The notes under the pieces are model-generated. The model saw only the letters and a program-made list of their open reading frames with translations, ran no database searches and had not been told where the DNA came from. A DNA stretch of 62,523 nucleotides, the filler included, from Neophaeotheca triangularis (Eukaryota): NCBI GenBank assembly GCA_054600435.1. It is 8 parts of 8 records of this genome, joined end to end, with 100 filler letters (N's around TTAATTAATTAA, not from the genome) between each part and the next. Parts side by side here need not be neighbours in the genome. Positions count along the whole stretch, not along the records: positions 24,958 to 34,881 come from BAAIJX010000126.1; positions 34,982 to 44,600 come from BAAIJX010000127.1; positions 44,701 to 49,552 come from BAAIJX010000130.1; 5 more parts are not named here. One strand, given 5' to 3'. Position numbers and translations under genes: made by a program. How positions within the stretch are numbered: the first letter of the stretch is position 1; every line of letters starts with the position of its first letter. Shown here piece by piece: positions 34,150 through 45,958 of this stretch.

Positions 34150-34500
34150 GAGGTGAAGTTGAAACAAAGTCGCAAACAGTTTGGTAGGTAGGAGTGGTGG
34201 AGGTGGAGTTGGAGTTGAAACAAAGTCGCGAGTATTCAGGTAGGTAGAATTGCCGCGTGCGCGTGAGACCGCGAACTCAGGCTTCGTTCCACTTCACTTG
34301 CAAGTTCCCGTGGGAAATTATTCACCGTCTGAAGCTCGAACCAAAGCAATGTCTGTCTGTCCCGTCCGCGGTCAACTGTGGTGTCGTGAGGAAGAGGTGG
34401 TGGAGGTGGAGTTGAAACAAAGTCGCGAATAGTCAGGTAAGATTGCCGCGTGCGCGTGAGACCACGAACTCACGCTCCGTTCCACTTCACTTGCAAGGCT
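34150..34500. repeat. Nested direct repeats upstream of the 441-aa gene
   Basis: AGTTGAAACAAAGTCGC occurs three times (~34157, 34213, 34410); a ~55-bp TTGCCGCGTGCGCGTGAGACC..CACTTGCAAG block occurs at 34250 and 34443. Confidence 0.85.
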
Positions 34501-34574
34501 CCGTGACGCGCAACCTATTGCATGGCTTTTGTGCACTGTGCGTTAAAGGCTATAGCATACCCTGGGATCTGCCA

Positions 34575-34881
34575 TGCTTACCTCCGAGCATTCACGCCCA
34601 CCTCCGAGCAATCATTCCCACCTTCGAGCCATTCATCACGCCAACCTCCGAGCCATCATGCCCACCTGGAATCCGCCCTGCCCACCTCCGAGCCATCCAT
34701 CACGCCCACCTCCGAGCTATCACGCCCACCTCCGAGCCATCCATCACGCCAACCTCCGAGCCATCACGCCCACCTTCGAGCCATCCATCACGCCCACCTT
34801 CGAGCCATCCATCACGCCCACCTTCGAGCCATCCATCACGCCCACCTTCGAGCCATCCATCACGCCCACCTTCGAGCCATC
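34575..34881. repeat. 24-bp minisatellite (CCCACCTTCGAGCCATCCATCACG)n running into the contig end
   Basis: Degenerate 20-24-bp units from 34575 become perfect copies at 34769-34881. Confidence 0.92.
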
Positions 34882-37800
34882 NNNNNNNNNNNNNNNNNNN
34901 NNNNNNNNNNNNNNNNNNNNNNNNNTTAATTAATTAANNNNNNNNNNNNNNNNNNNNNNNNNNNNNNNNNNNNNNNNNNNNGGGGGGGGGGCTGTCGGCC
35001 TCCGTTGTAATCGGGTCGGTCTGTGTGGTGATTTCCGGATATTGTCGGAATGACGGCGACATGGTTGGTTCGCATCGCTGCATCCTCGTCGTCGATTGAT
35101 CAGCCGAGTGCGCGCTTGCAAAAGACAAAGAACCTCACTCATCGGGAGCATAGACAGACCGCTAGGCAACACTTTTATCCATACTAGCGACCACAACCAG
35201 AAGCAATCCCACCCTCACAACCTCGCGCCCGCCCCTTTTCCTCTCTCCCCCAAACCCATATCCAACACCTCCTCCCAAGCCACCTGCAACCCCGCCCCGC
35301 GAACCCAACACAGACCCGCCGACCGAGTCCACAGCCTCAAGTACCCCCTTAGCAGCTGAAAAAAAAAAAAAAACGCACCCACGACGCCTCCTCACCCTCC
35401 ACCCCTAGCACTAGCACCAGCAAAACCCCCACCCCAGATCCCCCATCCCCTATCCCCCCGCCCGTTTCAACAGACCCCAAAACCCCCCACCGCAGCCCTA
35501 AACCCCTGACCCCTGAATCCCCTACCCCCAAGCCCCTGCTCCCCCGCACCACTACCTCCCAGCGCCCCTACCCTCCCCTGGGTCAGTAGAGTCAAGCAAA
35601 AGCCAAACTCGCAGCGAAGGGCAGTTCGGGAACTTCAGCACCTAGGGTGCTAAGAAGTTTGGGTGTGGTATTATTCTAATGAAAGTTTTTTTCCTTTTTT
35701 TTTTTTTTTCGAGTAGCGGGTAGGAGGAGATGCGGACGAGATGGTTGGCGGAGACGTGTTGTTCGCCCTGGTCTTTCGTCTGCTCTTTTCGTCTACTCTT
35801 TAGTCTGCTCTTTGGTCTAGGGCGAAGATGTAGGTTCGGAGTGTGTTTTCACTGCTAGAAGTTGTCGTTTTTGGTTTGGAAGAACTCGAGGAAGCCGGCA
35901 TAGGAGTGATTACTCGGCTCTTTGCCGAGGAGGTTGGCCTAGTCTTATGGGTTTCGGAGTTAAGTAGCGATAGGGGGGTTTTTTATTTGGAAGCGTTTAG
36001 TTGTAAGGGGCACTAGTGGGTTTCGTAGTTGTCGTAGTGAGTTTAAAGTCAAGAGGGAGGAGGTAGTGGGCTATATGTAGTTGTGAAAGCCTAAGTCGTT
36101 AAAGAAGATATGGAGGGTTTTGTGGTCTGTCTTCTGCCAGGAAAGCGGTCGCTTTATCTATAGAGGCTGACGAGATACCTCTTAGATAGAAGGAAAGGTT
36201 TGATATCTGAGTCTAGGTAGATGGACTGTCTTTGCCGTTGCTATAGTCGTGAGAGGTCGGGTCAGTCTTGAAGTTGAGCCTGCGGTTATACGTAGGAGAG
36301 AGAGGAAGCATTCGCGGATTACTGTAATGATTGACGTATAGTTAGACGAGCGTTTCGCGAGACTCTATCGAAGGGTTTGAGAATCGACATCTTGTATTGT
36401 TCTGAGAAAGACCTACGCTTGTATCTTTTTACTTCTTTTTTTGGTCATTCAAAGCATTTACAAGCACCTACCTACTTGACAAGACGGGGCATACGAGGTG
36501 AACGCCTCACGATCAATCAGCAACACGGCATTAGCTGACTCGGCGGATTCGGAGTCTGACTTCGGCCCGGGTAGTCTGTCGCGGACCTGCCATTGTTTTA
36601 ACGACATCTTTTCCCTTGGAGGGAGATCCATGTAGTGACACAGCTCAGACAGGTCCAGCTATCATCTACACTCCGATAACGTTTATCTGGGAACACGGAG
36701 AAGCTATCTTCACGTATTCAGCCTCGAAAACATCGTCCAAATTTCCCTCCCTCCTACGCCGAGAGCTACATGTCACACCAAAGCGGGTTGAGGCTCCATC
36801 AGACCTACCGGCCGAAGAACTTGGCTATTAAGCGCTCAAAGGCATATCCTCTCTAACTATGCCACGTAAGGATCTCTAAAGAATAGAGGCCACTAATCAG
36901 CTTGACTGCTCGCATTTTCTGACCATCTCCTACCGGCGGATAGCTTGAGACTACACTGTTTACGTTGTGCTCTATGAATCAACCTGCTAAAGATGCCACA
37001 ATACGCCCATGGCTAGTAAGTAGAGTCTCCGACTACTTGTCAGATCCCACGAGCTGCCTCTCGCGACGAATGCTAGGTGGAGTTAGACCGCGTATTGGGG
37101 GAAAATCACCTATCCAGCTGACTGCGTGGTTGCAGCGTGAGTATCTTCTCCAGTGGCTGTAAAACGCTGCCATGGTAGATGCAGTAAATCAGGTCCCCCG
37201 TGGTTATAAAATCTCCGTCCCCCGGGCGGGTTCGGATGAGAATTTTCTTCTGCTTTGTCGCGCCTAGTGCATGCATGCACGGAAGATACTATCGATTGCG
37301 CTGGATTTGACGAAAACGGTCATCGTCGCTTTGCCCGTACTGTACTCCTTAGGAAGCCAAAGATCCAAGATGAAACCAGACGATATCAAACATGGGGGAT
37401 GCCGATGGATTGCGCTGGTTTGCTTCCGATTCGCGGGCGCCGTTAGCAGATAATGGCGCAGCGAAATGCGCAACTTGGACGGTGAAAGCATTGGAAGTCT
37501 CCCCACTTTTTCTCGACAGCAGCTATTCAATCGGGTTGCATTGAAGCGAACTATGCCGGAATTGTGTGGGTTAAAGTTAGTTGCCTACCCCTGTCGAATT
37601 TAGAATCATATCAGAGTCCACCGTTACCGGCTCACGAAATGAATGTCAAGATGTGTGGCCTATAGAGGGTATGGAGGAAACGGCTTGCGCTGTTGTCCAG
37701 CTTTTGCCCGCGAGTATCGATTATTTTCTGAGAGTGGCGAGGTCTCCATGCGAGCCGCGAGAGTTGATGAATGCATGGCACCACCTCTTAAGGCGAGGCC

Positions 37801-39254
37801 GTCTTCGACCCGTTGGTTGTCAAAGCACTGACGTTGAAGCGAAGCATGAAGTGGTCAGTCGAGGCAAAGTGCTCGCTCGCTACCACGAATGGGTATACAT
37901 GTGCAAGCTTTTTGGGAGAGGCATTGAGAAAGAATAGTGCGCCCAGGCTGTTTTGTGGAGAAATCTGGCGGACTCGGGACTCTGACCGTTTCCGAAGAAG
38001 TGTTGTGGCGAATGGAATTAGGCGTGTGTGTGTAGTAGCATGTGAGGAGAAAGGCAGATGGATAGAGAGACAATCGGTAGTCTACCGAAATGTCTAGGAT
38101 ACCTGTCGGTACTAGAATATGAGTACCTAGACACTTGTACTCGGGTTCTGCCTAAGCGGTCTAGCGTTGTGACGGCGAAGGAGACGCGAAATATGTCCGA
38201 ATAGACTCGAAGGTGTAGGTATACTACCTCCTAGTACTACCTCCTAGTACTGTAGTAGAAGGAGTGAAGGACGTGGCCAGTAGTGGGGATGGTCAACGAT
38301 GGAAGGGAAGATGGCAAAGTCGGTACCTCAGGCCTCGACCGGGCTTAGCGCCTACTAGGGGTCCACCAGCTAGCGGAACCCGAGCCGGGAAGGTCAAAAG
38401 GTTGAAGCAAACCTAAGGCCGAGCCAATCAGGGCCATAGAAAGCGACAGAACGGCAAGCAACTTCACGGAGCCCACTCCGCCTCCGTTGCGCGACAAGTC
38501 CGCTAACCCTCTTCCGGACGACAAGTGGTGAGGAACAGGGGCGGGGGTGTAAAAATAAAAATGGCATGTTTACAAGACCATGGCAAGCGAGCCGTGTATT
38601 TGAAATGCCATGGCCGACGGCGAATAGGCCGAGTGCGCAGCGGAGACAGGTCCGCCGAGTTGCACATCATCTCCCCAACCGGCTTCACAGTAGGCGGCTT
38701 GTCATTATCATGTCATTATTATGCTACCTACATAGGTCGTTACAAGACCGTGTTACTTACGTTGCAACTTGCCAGCTCTCATTGGAGGGGGTGTTTGTTT
38801 TCCTCACCTACTAACTACTGTTTGTTACTCTCCCGCTACCGGCGGTCAAGGTAGTGGAGCCTCCGCCCGGATCTCCCCCTCCCTCCCCCCGTTTGAACTA
38901 GTGATGCGAGGCATATGCTATCGCCAAGTATTTGATTAGCAAGAGTTTTGCCCTTGTTTAGCGAGTAGGAGGGAAAAGCAGGTCGAGGTCGAGGTACGAG
39001 GGAAGGCAGCTCAGCTAAGGCGCCTAGGCAGGTATACAACGAAAAGTTTAGGTACAAAGGTAAGGCTCGCCCATTGCGTTGCGTTGCATCTCGCGTGTCC
39101 CGTCCCGTCCTGCCCCAAGTCCCCTGCACACGTCACGTTACCTTGGAGGCGGGAGAGTAATAAGAGTCGAGCGAGACGGGAGGGAGTCGAGACACGACAC
39201 GCCCGTCTGAGAGAGCGGACTCGGAGCTACCTCCAGTCCAAGCATTTCAACGTA

Positions 39255-39263
39255 CTACTACCA

Positions 39264-39320
<57 letters not shown>
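39255..39320. repeat. (CTA)n microsatellite
   Basis: About 20 CTA/CCA units upstream of the YTH gene. Confidence 0.9.
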
Positions 39321-39321
<1 letters not shown>

Positions 39322-39683
39322 CTTGCTACTACTTACTACCTTACACTAACGTACACTCTATTCTCGCCATCATCATCTTTGTCAAAGGCAGCTCCAGCTT
39401 TCCCCAGCCCTTGTTGTTGTTATTGCTCTACTTTTACCCACACATACTCACCTTCCTTTTTCCCACTATCGCGCATCTTCTCGAGCTTCTCGCATACTCG
39501 CCTACGCGTCTGAACTGTGAGGTACCTACCCACTACCTACCAGTACTGTACTCTGTCGCTATCTTGAAACACACTGTACGCTGCTGCTCCGCAAAGCGCG
39601 ACTAGACCGACCAAAGCGTGTTACCGGCTTGTTACGACCTCACCGCATCCACCAATCGCGTCCTTTCTGACAGCTTTGTCAAG

Positions 39684-41758
39684 ATGGGTGACCCTTTCCA
39701 ACAAGCTCCCTCTACTCCATACCAACCCTACGACCAAGGTCAAGATACCAAAGTCCATGCGTAAGTCCCTCCCCTTTTTGCTACTTCTTATTCAATCTCC
39801 TCTGACCACAATCCCAGAAATGCCTTTCACAATCAGCTCCATCACACCGCTCAGGCTCAACGTCGCACTCCCAACTACGGCCAGTACAATGTCAACGCCT
39901 TCGAAATGGGCGCCATGGGCCATGCCCTCCCACCACATGCCTACTCACGTATGCAGCAGCAGCAGCAGCAGCAGCAACAGCGAGCTATGCAGTACCCTGT
40001 CTACGACCAACAGGGACCTCATTCTTCTGCCATGTATCAGGTCCACGCCGGTTCCCCCTACATAAACCAAGGCCCTCCACCACTACCACCAATGCAGTAC
40101 CAAAACCTGGCTTATGATCCACAATACGACAACCCAGCGGTCAATCAGCGCCAGCCAGCTCCTCCTCTTCAACCGCAATGGCAGTACGGCCAGCCGAGGC
40201 AGTACGCTTATCCCATGAATCCCGCGCAAATCTCGCCCATGAACGTCAACTTTCCCCCGCAAGCCAACATGGGTACTTATCCGGCGCCATTGGGAATCAA
40301 CACCGACTCAGGTAGGTTGTGATTAGGTTCAAGAGGCAAGGTGAAGAAAAGAAAAAGGCTGACGAGCACGCGACCTCAGGACCCGTCCCATCCTATCCTC
40401 GTGGACCTCCTCGGAAGCCGAAACAATCCGGGTTCGCGTTGTGGGTTGGAAACATCCCCCCTTCGGCAACAGTGACGGAACTCAAAGAACACTTTTCCCG
40501 CGACGCGACTCGAGACATTCAGAGCGTTTTCCTCATAGCCAAGAGCAACTGCGCCTTCGTCAATTACCGTTCAGAAGCCGCATGCGCTGCAGCTATGAAC
40601 CGGTTCCACGATTCGAGATTGAACGGAACGCGTCTTGTCTGTCGCCTAAGACGAGGTTCAATAAACAGCACGACAAATACCCCTCCCGAACCAAAAGCAG
40701 AGTCCAACTCGACCCACAAACCCGACACCACCCCTACTCAAAACGAACCGTACAGCCCGACAATCGTCGACGGCAGCAGCACCACCGCGACCGAAAACAC
40801 CAAACCCCGCGCTCCAGCCGAAGCCTCCGCCTCCCAATCCAACCCCCCAAAAATCCCAGAAAGATTCTTCATAGTCAAAAGTCTAACAATGCAAGACCTG
40901 GAAGCGAGCGTGCGGAAAAACATCTGGGCAACCCAACCCCATAACGAAGCCATCCTAAACAAAGCCTATAAAGCCGCCGACAACGTCTACCTCATCTTCT
41001 CGGCCAACAAGTCCGGTGAATACTTTGGCTACGCGAGAATGGCTTCGTCCATAACAGGCGTCGAGCGCGTCGATAGCATCGCCTCGCCTTCCGGCAACAA
41101 GATCCCCAGCGCCTCCGAAGCTGGCACCACGCCTCCCTCGGCCCCCTCGATGGTCCAAGGCCCGCAATCCATCCCCACCCCTGCCACCGCTACAGCCCCT
41201 CGCGGACACATCATAGACGACTCAGCACGCGGCACCATCTTCTGGGAAGCCTCGGACCCGTCCCACATCGACGAAAACGCCTCCGCCACGCCTCCCACCA
41301 CAACCTCGAACGGCGAAAGCCCAAACCCCTCCCCTTCTTCCAACTCCAACCCCGACGACGCCTCTTCCAGTCTCGCTACTGATTCCCCGTCTTCTTCAAG
41401 CGGCGGCCGCGTCTTCACAGTCGAATGGCTAAACACCACCCGCCTCCCCTTCTTCCGCACCAGAGGCTTGCGGAATCCTTGGAACGCGAACCGCGAAGTC
41501 AAGATTGCTCGCGATGGCACCGAATTGGAACCTAGTGTTGGGATGCGGTTGGTGGGGATGTTTGGGTTGTTGGGTTTGGGGGCTGGGGGGCCTTTGCAAT
41601 CGCAGCAACGACTTGAGCAGCAGCAGCAGTGGGAGAGCAATGGGAATTTGGATGTGAACTCTGGGAGTTTGGGGGCTAGGCTTGGCTTGGGTGTTGATGG
41701 CGTTGGCGTTGGTGTTGGGGTGGGTAAAGGTAGTGCTGGCGCGGGATCGCCTCCCTAA
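39684..41758 (+). CDS. RRM + YTH (YT521-B/YTHDC-like) RNA-binding protein, 3 exons
   Basis: Introns 39761-39817 and 40312-40379; Q/P/Y-rich N terminus; RRM (ALWVGNIP, SNCAFVNY); YTH (RFFIVKSLT..IWATQPHNE..VYLIFSANKSGEYFGYARM..LRNPWNANREVKIARDGTELEP). Confidence 0.93.
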
Positions 41759-44475
41759 AGTGGGGACCTGGCCGTCGCTCCTCCTCCGAAGATGCCGACA
41801 AGAGGGGTTTTTCTGGTGACCTCGGAACTAGGATCGAGGCTTGAGGTTACGACTGATGGAAAGAGGCGGGAAGATTGCGGATAGCAGGACGGAACTTCTA
41901 TTGCCGTTGCTTACATTTCCCCCCCCCCCCTGACCTCGCGTCTTTTGACGGGAACAAAGCGTGTCTGTATATGATGGTCGTCGCTTCACTCCCTTTTCTT
42001 CTTTTCTTGTTTCAATTTTTTCCCCTTCTTTGATCTGTTTTTTTTTTTATAGAAGAAATCTTTGGGCTTCTTAGTAGTGTCCGTCTGAGTCACTTTTGCT
42101 GATTTGTGCTTCAGTCGTTAGGTGGTTTCTTGGGTGGTTTCTTGGGTGGTTTCTTTACGTCATGGATCTTCCAGACCCTCAAGTCTAGCTCGGATCTTGT
42201 TTCGCACCCTTGAGTCAAGTAGGTCATTTCAGTCTTGAGGGTCTTAGGAGTTGCTTGAGTCTTGACGGTCTTAGGGGTCTTAGGGGTCTTAGAGCTCTTA
42301 AGGGATCGTAGGGGTCGGATCGTCTAAGTTTCAATCAGGAATCTTCCAAGTCGCCGCCCCCAAATCCTTTGAATTCAATCGGGGCATCTGCGTCTGTGAT
42401 CTTTCTCGAATCATTCCTTAGGTGGGTAGGTAGGTAGGTCATTTGAGTTCTTCTTTTTTTTTTCTTTTTTTTTTTCCCCCTTTCTTTCGGTTTCGGGCTG
42501 ATTAGGTCATTTGAGTCTTCTGGATCACTGCCAAGTCGTCGATTAGATCATCAGGCGGTCGTCTTCTCGCATGGGTCATTATCAGTCAGGTCATTTCCGC
42601 TCCTTTTCGCGCCCCTGGGGTGTTACTTTGTCTCTGGGGTCTGTCTTTTAGGTCGGCTGTTAAGTCATTGCTCGTATCACTTGATGGATGCTTTGGCTGC
42701 GGAGTCTTTTTCTTTTTTTTCTCTTCTCTTTTTTCTTCTCTTCTTTTTTTTGGAGGGGTTGCCTCTCATGGCTCGTTAGATCTTTTGGATTAGACATTTG
42801 CGTGGTCAAACTTTGGGGAATGGGAGGTTTTTGTTGTCGTAGCGTCTTTAGTCGACGAACATTTGAGTTAGGAAGGATGGGGAATGGGGAATAGGGCGTG
42901 TGGGTGGATGAGAGTCTATCAGTTGCGGGCGGGCGGGCAGTTCAGGGTTGGGGGGTTTGTGGGGCGGAACTCGCTATGCGTTGTGTATGCATTATAGCTT
43001 AGGGCCGGCCGGTGTTGGTTAAGGGCGGTGTTGGTAGGCAGTAGGGTTGGTGTTCTCTTGGCGTTGTGTTGGGCTCGATTCTTACGGTTTGGGCGCAGGT
43101 TAGGCGCAGATTTTACTGTCGGATCTTGATTTTGTTGCATTTTTGGCTGCTCGTCGAACTATCTTCTTTTCTTTCGAAATGGCCTCTTTTTCTTTTCCTC
43201 CTAGGTGTGGAATGAATGGGAAACTCTGCGGTGATGGCAATAGCAATGGCTACTTGGCATGGACTGGGTCGTTATTGGTCGCTTTTTGGTATTTTTCTTG
43301 GAGGAGCGTTACTACTGTAGTCGTTGAATTTGAGTTTGAAATTAGTTTAGTGGGTTTAGGGGGCTGATTTGGGGTGGGATTTCTGTAGCAGCTACAGTAT
43401 TTATATCTGTAGTCAGTAGTCGGGTAGCTAGTAAGCTAGAATTGTACCTGGTACGGGAAGCAAAGCTTCAAGGGATAGGGGTAGAGGGTAGCAGGTAGGA
43501 GGTATTGTTCGCTCTTTCGCTCTTGTTACGGTACTATCTTTCGTCCTTTAATTTCTCTCATCGCGGTTCGACGGTTGCTCCTTCTTTGATTGAAATTTCA
43601 CCACTCTCTCGAAATTGTACTCGCTTCTGACTTTGTCTGAAAGTTCACTTTACTCTCCTTGACTTTTTTCGCTTCCGACTCTACTCTCTTTTAACTCTAC
43701 TCCCTTTTGACTCTACTCGCTTTCGATTCTAATCCCTTTTGACCTTACCCCCTCTAGACTCGACGCCCTCTCGGCTCGACTAGACTGGCTCTCGACCCGC
43801 TACCCCATCTCGACTCCCTCTCTCTCTAGACTACAAAAAACTCGACCCGAACGAACGAGACCCAACGCCTAGCTAAGGTAAATAATCATGAAGTGCAATG
43901 TCTGTAAATTCCGGTTTTGCCGCCTGAGAACCGGAGGTCTCTTATAGTACGCTCTATCCTGCTTCCTCCCCTGCTTCCTTCTTTCCATCTTTTATCCTTC
44001 CTACTTCCCATTCCTCCCCCCAAGTCCACTAACTCCACTTCTCCACCTTCTTTCAAGCGTGTCCTGTCGATGTCAGTCAGAGTGATACTACTTAAGAGGG
44101 CCGGGACGCAGACCGGTGACAATTTTGATTTATTGTGCCTGCGCAAAGCGTACCTATGTTGCGATGTCTGGCTTTTGAGATCTGTAATGAGGCTGGGAGT
44201 GTGCTGTGGAGCTTCGTTACAGCAGGAGATGGTGGTGAGTTGGAGGCTAGGACGGGGAGGGCAGTCATGATGAAGAGGATGGGTAGGCTCTATCGGCGGA
44301 GAGGCGTTTCCCTGCTCTGGACTTCGCTCGATAAGGTATCATCCATCCGATCTTTCTATGGGTTGGCTTCGACAGCGAACTCGACTTTCGGGTGCTCTGT
44401 CGTGCCTTCTCGAATCCGCGTATTAAGCCCTTTCCCCAGAATGCTTCCAAAACAAACTCCAAGGCAGTAACGGAA

Positions 44476-44506
<31 letters not shown>

Positions 44507-44714
44507 TGGGGAAAAAACCAAAAAAAAAAAAAAAAATAAAGAACAACAACACCCAAAACCCAAAAAAACAAAAAAAACCCCCAACAACGCCAACAAAACC
44601 NNNNNNNNNNNNNNNNNNNNNNNNNNNNNNNNNNNNNNNNNNNNTTAATTAATTAANNNNNNNNNNNNNNNNNNNNNNNNNNNNNNNNNNNNNNNNNNNN
44701 GGGGGGGGTGGGGG

Positions 44715-45070
44715 GGCGTTTAAGTTGCATCGGCGGTCTTGGGATATTCGGCTGTTTTGTCGAGGCGAGGGTTGTTAGCAGCTTTGTTGACTGCATTAAC
44801 GGCATCGTGGCTTTGAGAGAGAGTTGTCGAGCGGGGGTTATTAGGGGCTGTGTTGATTGCATCAACGGCATCGTAACTGTTCAGACCGTTGCTAGGTCGA
44901 GGGTTGTTTGGAGTTTTGTTGATTACATCTACGGCATCTTTAACGGCATCTTTAACGGCATCGTGACTTTTGAGAAAGTTGTGAAAGCGAGGGTTGTTAG
45001 GGGCTGTGTCAATTACACCAACGACATTGTAACTTTTGCAAAAGTTGTCGGGTCGAGGGTTGTTGGGGGT
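44715..45070 (-). repeat. 66-bp (22-codon) degenerate tandem repeat, probably coding (partial gene at contig edge)
   Basis: CGAGGGTTGTT-like motif at ~44766, 44832, 44898, 44988, 45054 (one 24-bp in-frame insert); minus frame reads (P/A)NNPR five times with DAVxxIN-type spacers. Confidence 0.6.
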
Positions 45071-45958
45071 CAAGCAGTAAAACACTGGGAAAAGGAATGG
45101 TCGGGTTTCCAGTGAGAAAACCACACAGACATCGGGCTCGGGGACACTCTGCAGGATGCTACAAACCGGCCTCCTCACCTCGCGAGCATTTCAACTCTTC
45201 CGCAACGCAGGCAGCCACATCAATCCGGACAGCGCCTCCTCGGAGATCCTCAGCACCAGCAGCAAAACCCCTCACCGAGAGTCCTATCTCACGGCCAAAA
45301 CCATCCCAGCAGATCCTTGCCAGGGCCGTCATTCAACCCAGCGATTTTTGTGATCGTCGCTAATCGCGCATGGCTCTGATAACACCGCTGACGGTTAAGC
45401 GTGGGGAGAAGACGGCGAAGAGAGACATGTGCGTCTTCTCTTCTTCGACGTGGTTGGGGAGGAGAAGAGGGTTTGGCTGGCGGAGCAGCTTGGTTTTGTG
45501 GGCGCTGGGGGAACCTTGTGACTGCGTTCAGGTGGTGGGGTGGGGAGTGTCTTGTAGGATTCTGTCAGGGGTGGGTGTTTTGGGCGCGTGGTTGGTAGGT
45601 TGGTTGCTCGTGGGGGTTTGGGTTATGGTTTACTCGTGAGTTACCGGCATGGGTGGTAGACGGGAGCGTCTGGCCCTTGAGGTCAGTCTCATGCTGGCGT
45701 CATGAAAGCAAAGGCTTTCGGCCCGGCTAGTTGAGACCTCTTTACACATAGCTGACTGGAGGATTACTCCTTCGTTCAGGGGCCTTGAGAAAATATTTGT
45801 CATGATGTTCGCTACGTAGTGTCTCTTCGGTGCTGCGCTGATGGTCTCCCATGTGACCTTCCTGATGTATGCTTGTAGATGCCGTTTCGCCTTCTTGCTC
45901 TTGCTCTTGCCTGCACATGGACTCTTGCTGCTGACGTAGAAACCCGTATGCTCGCAAG

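Noticed and set aside
39084..39605. Poly-Leu ORF (and poly-Tyr ORF 61529-61963)
   Set aside because: Translations of (CTA)n and (GTA)n microsatellites
44470..44710. Poly-G/poly-C/poly-A runs near contig edges (also ~13340, 35350-35580, 54170, 58220, 58540-58620) as G-quadruplex or Pro-rich ORFs
   Set aside because: Typical low-quality read-end artefacts at contig breaks
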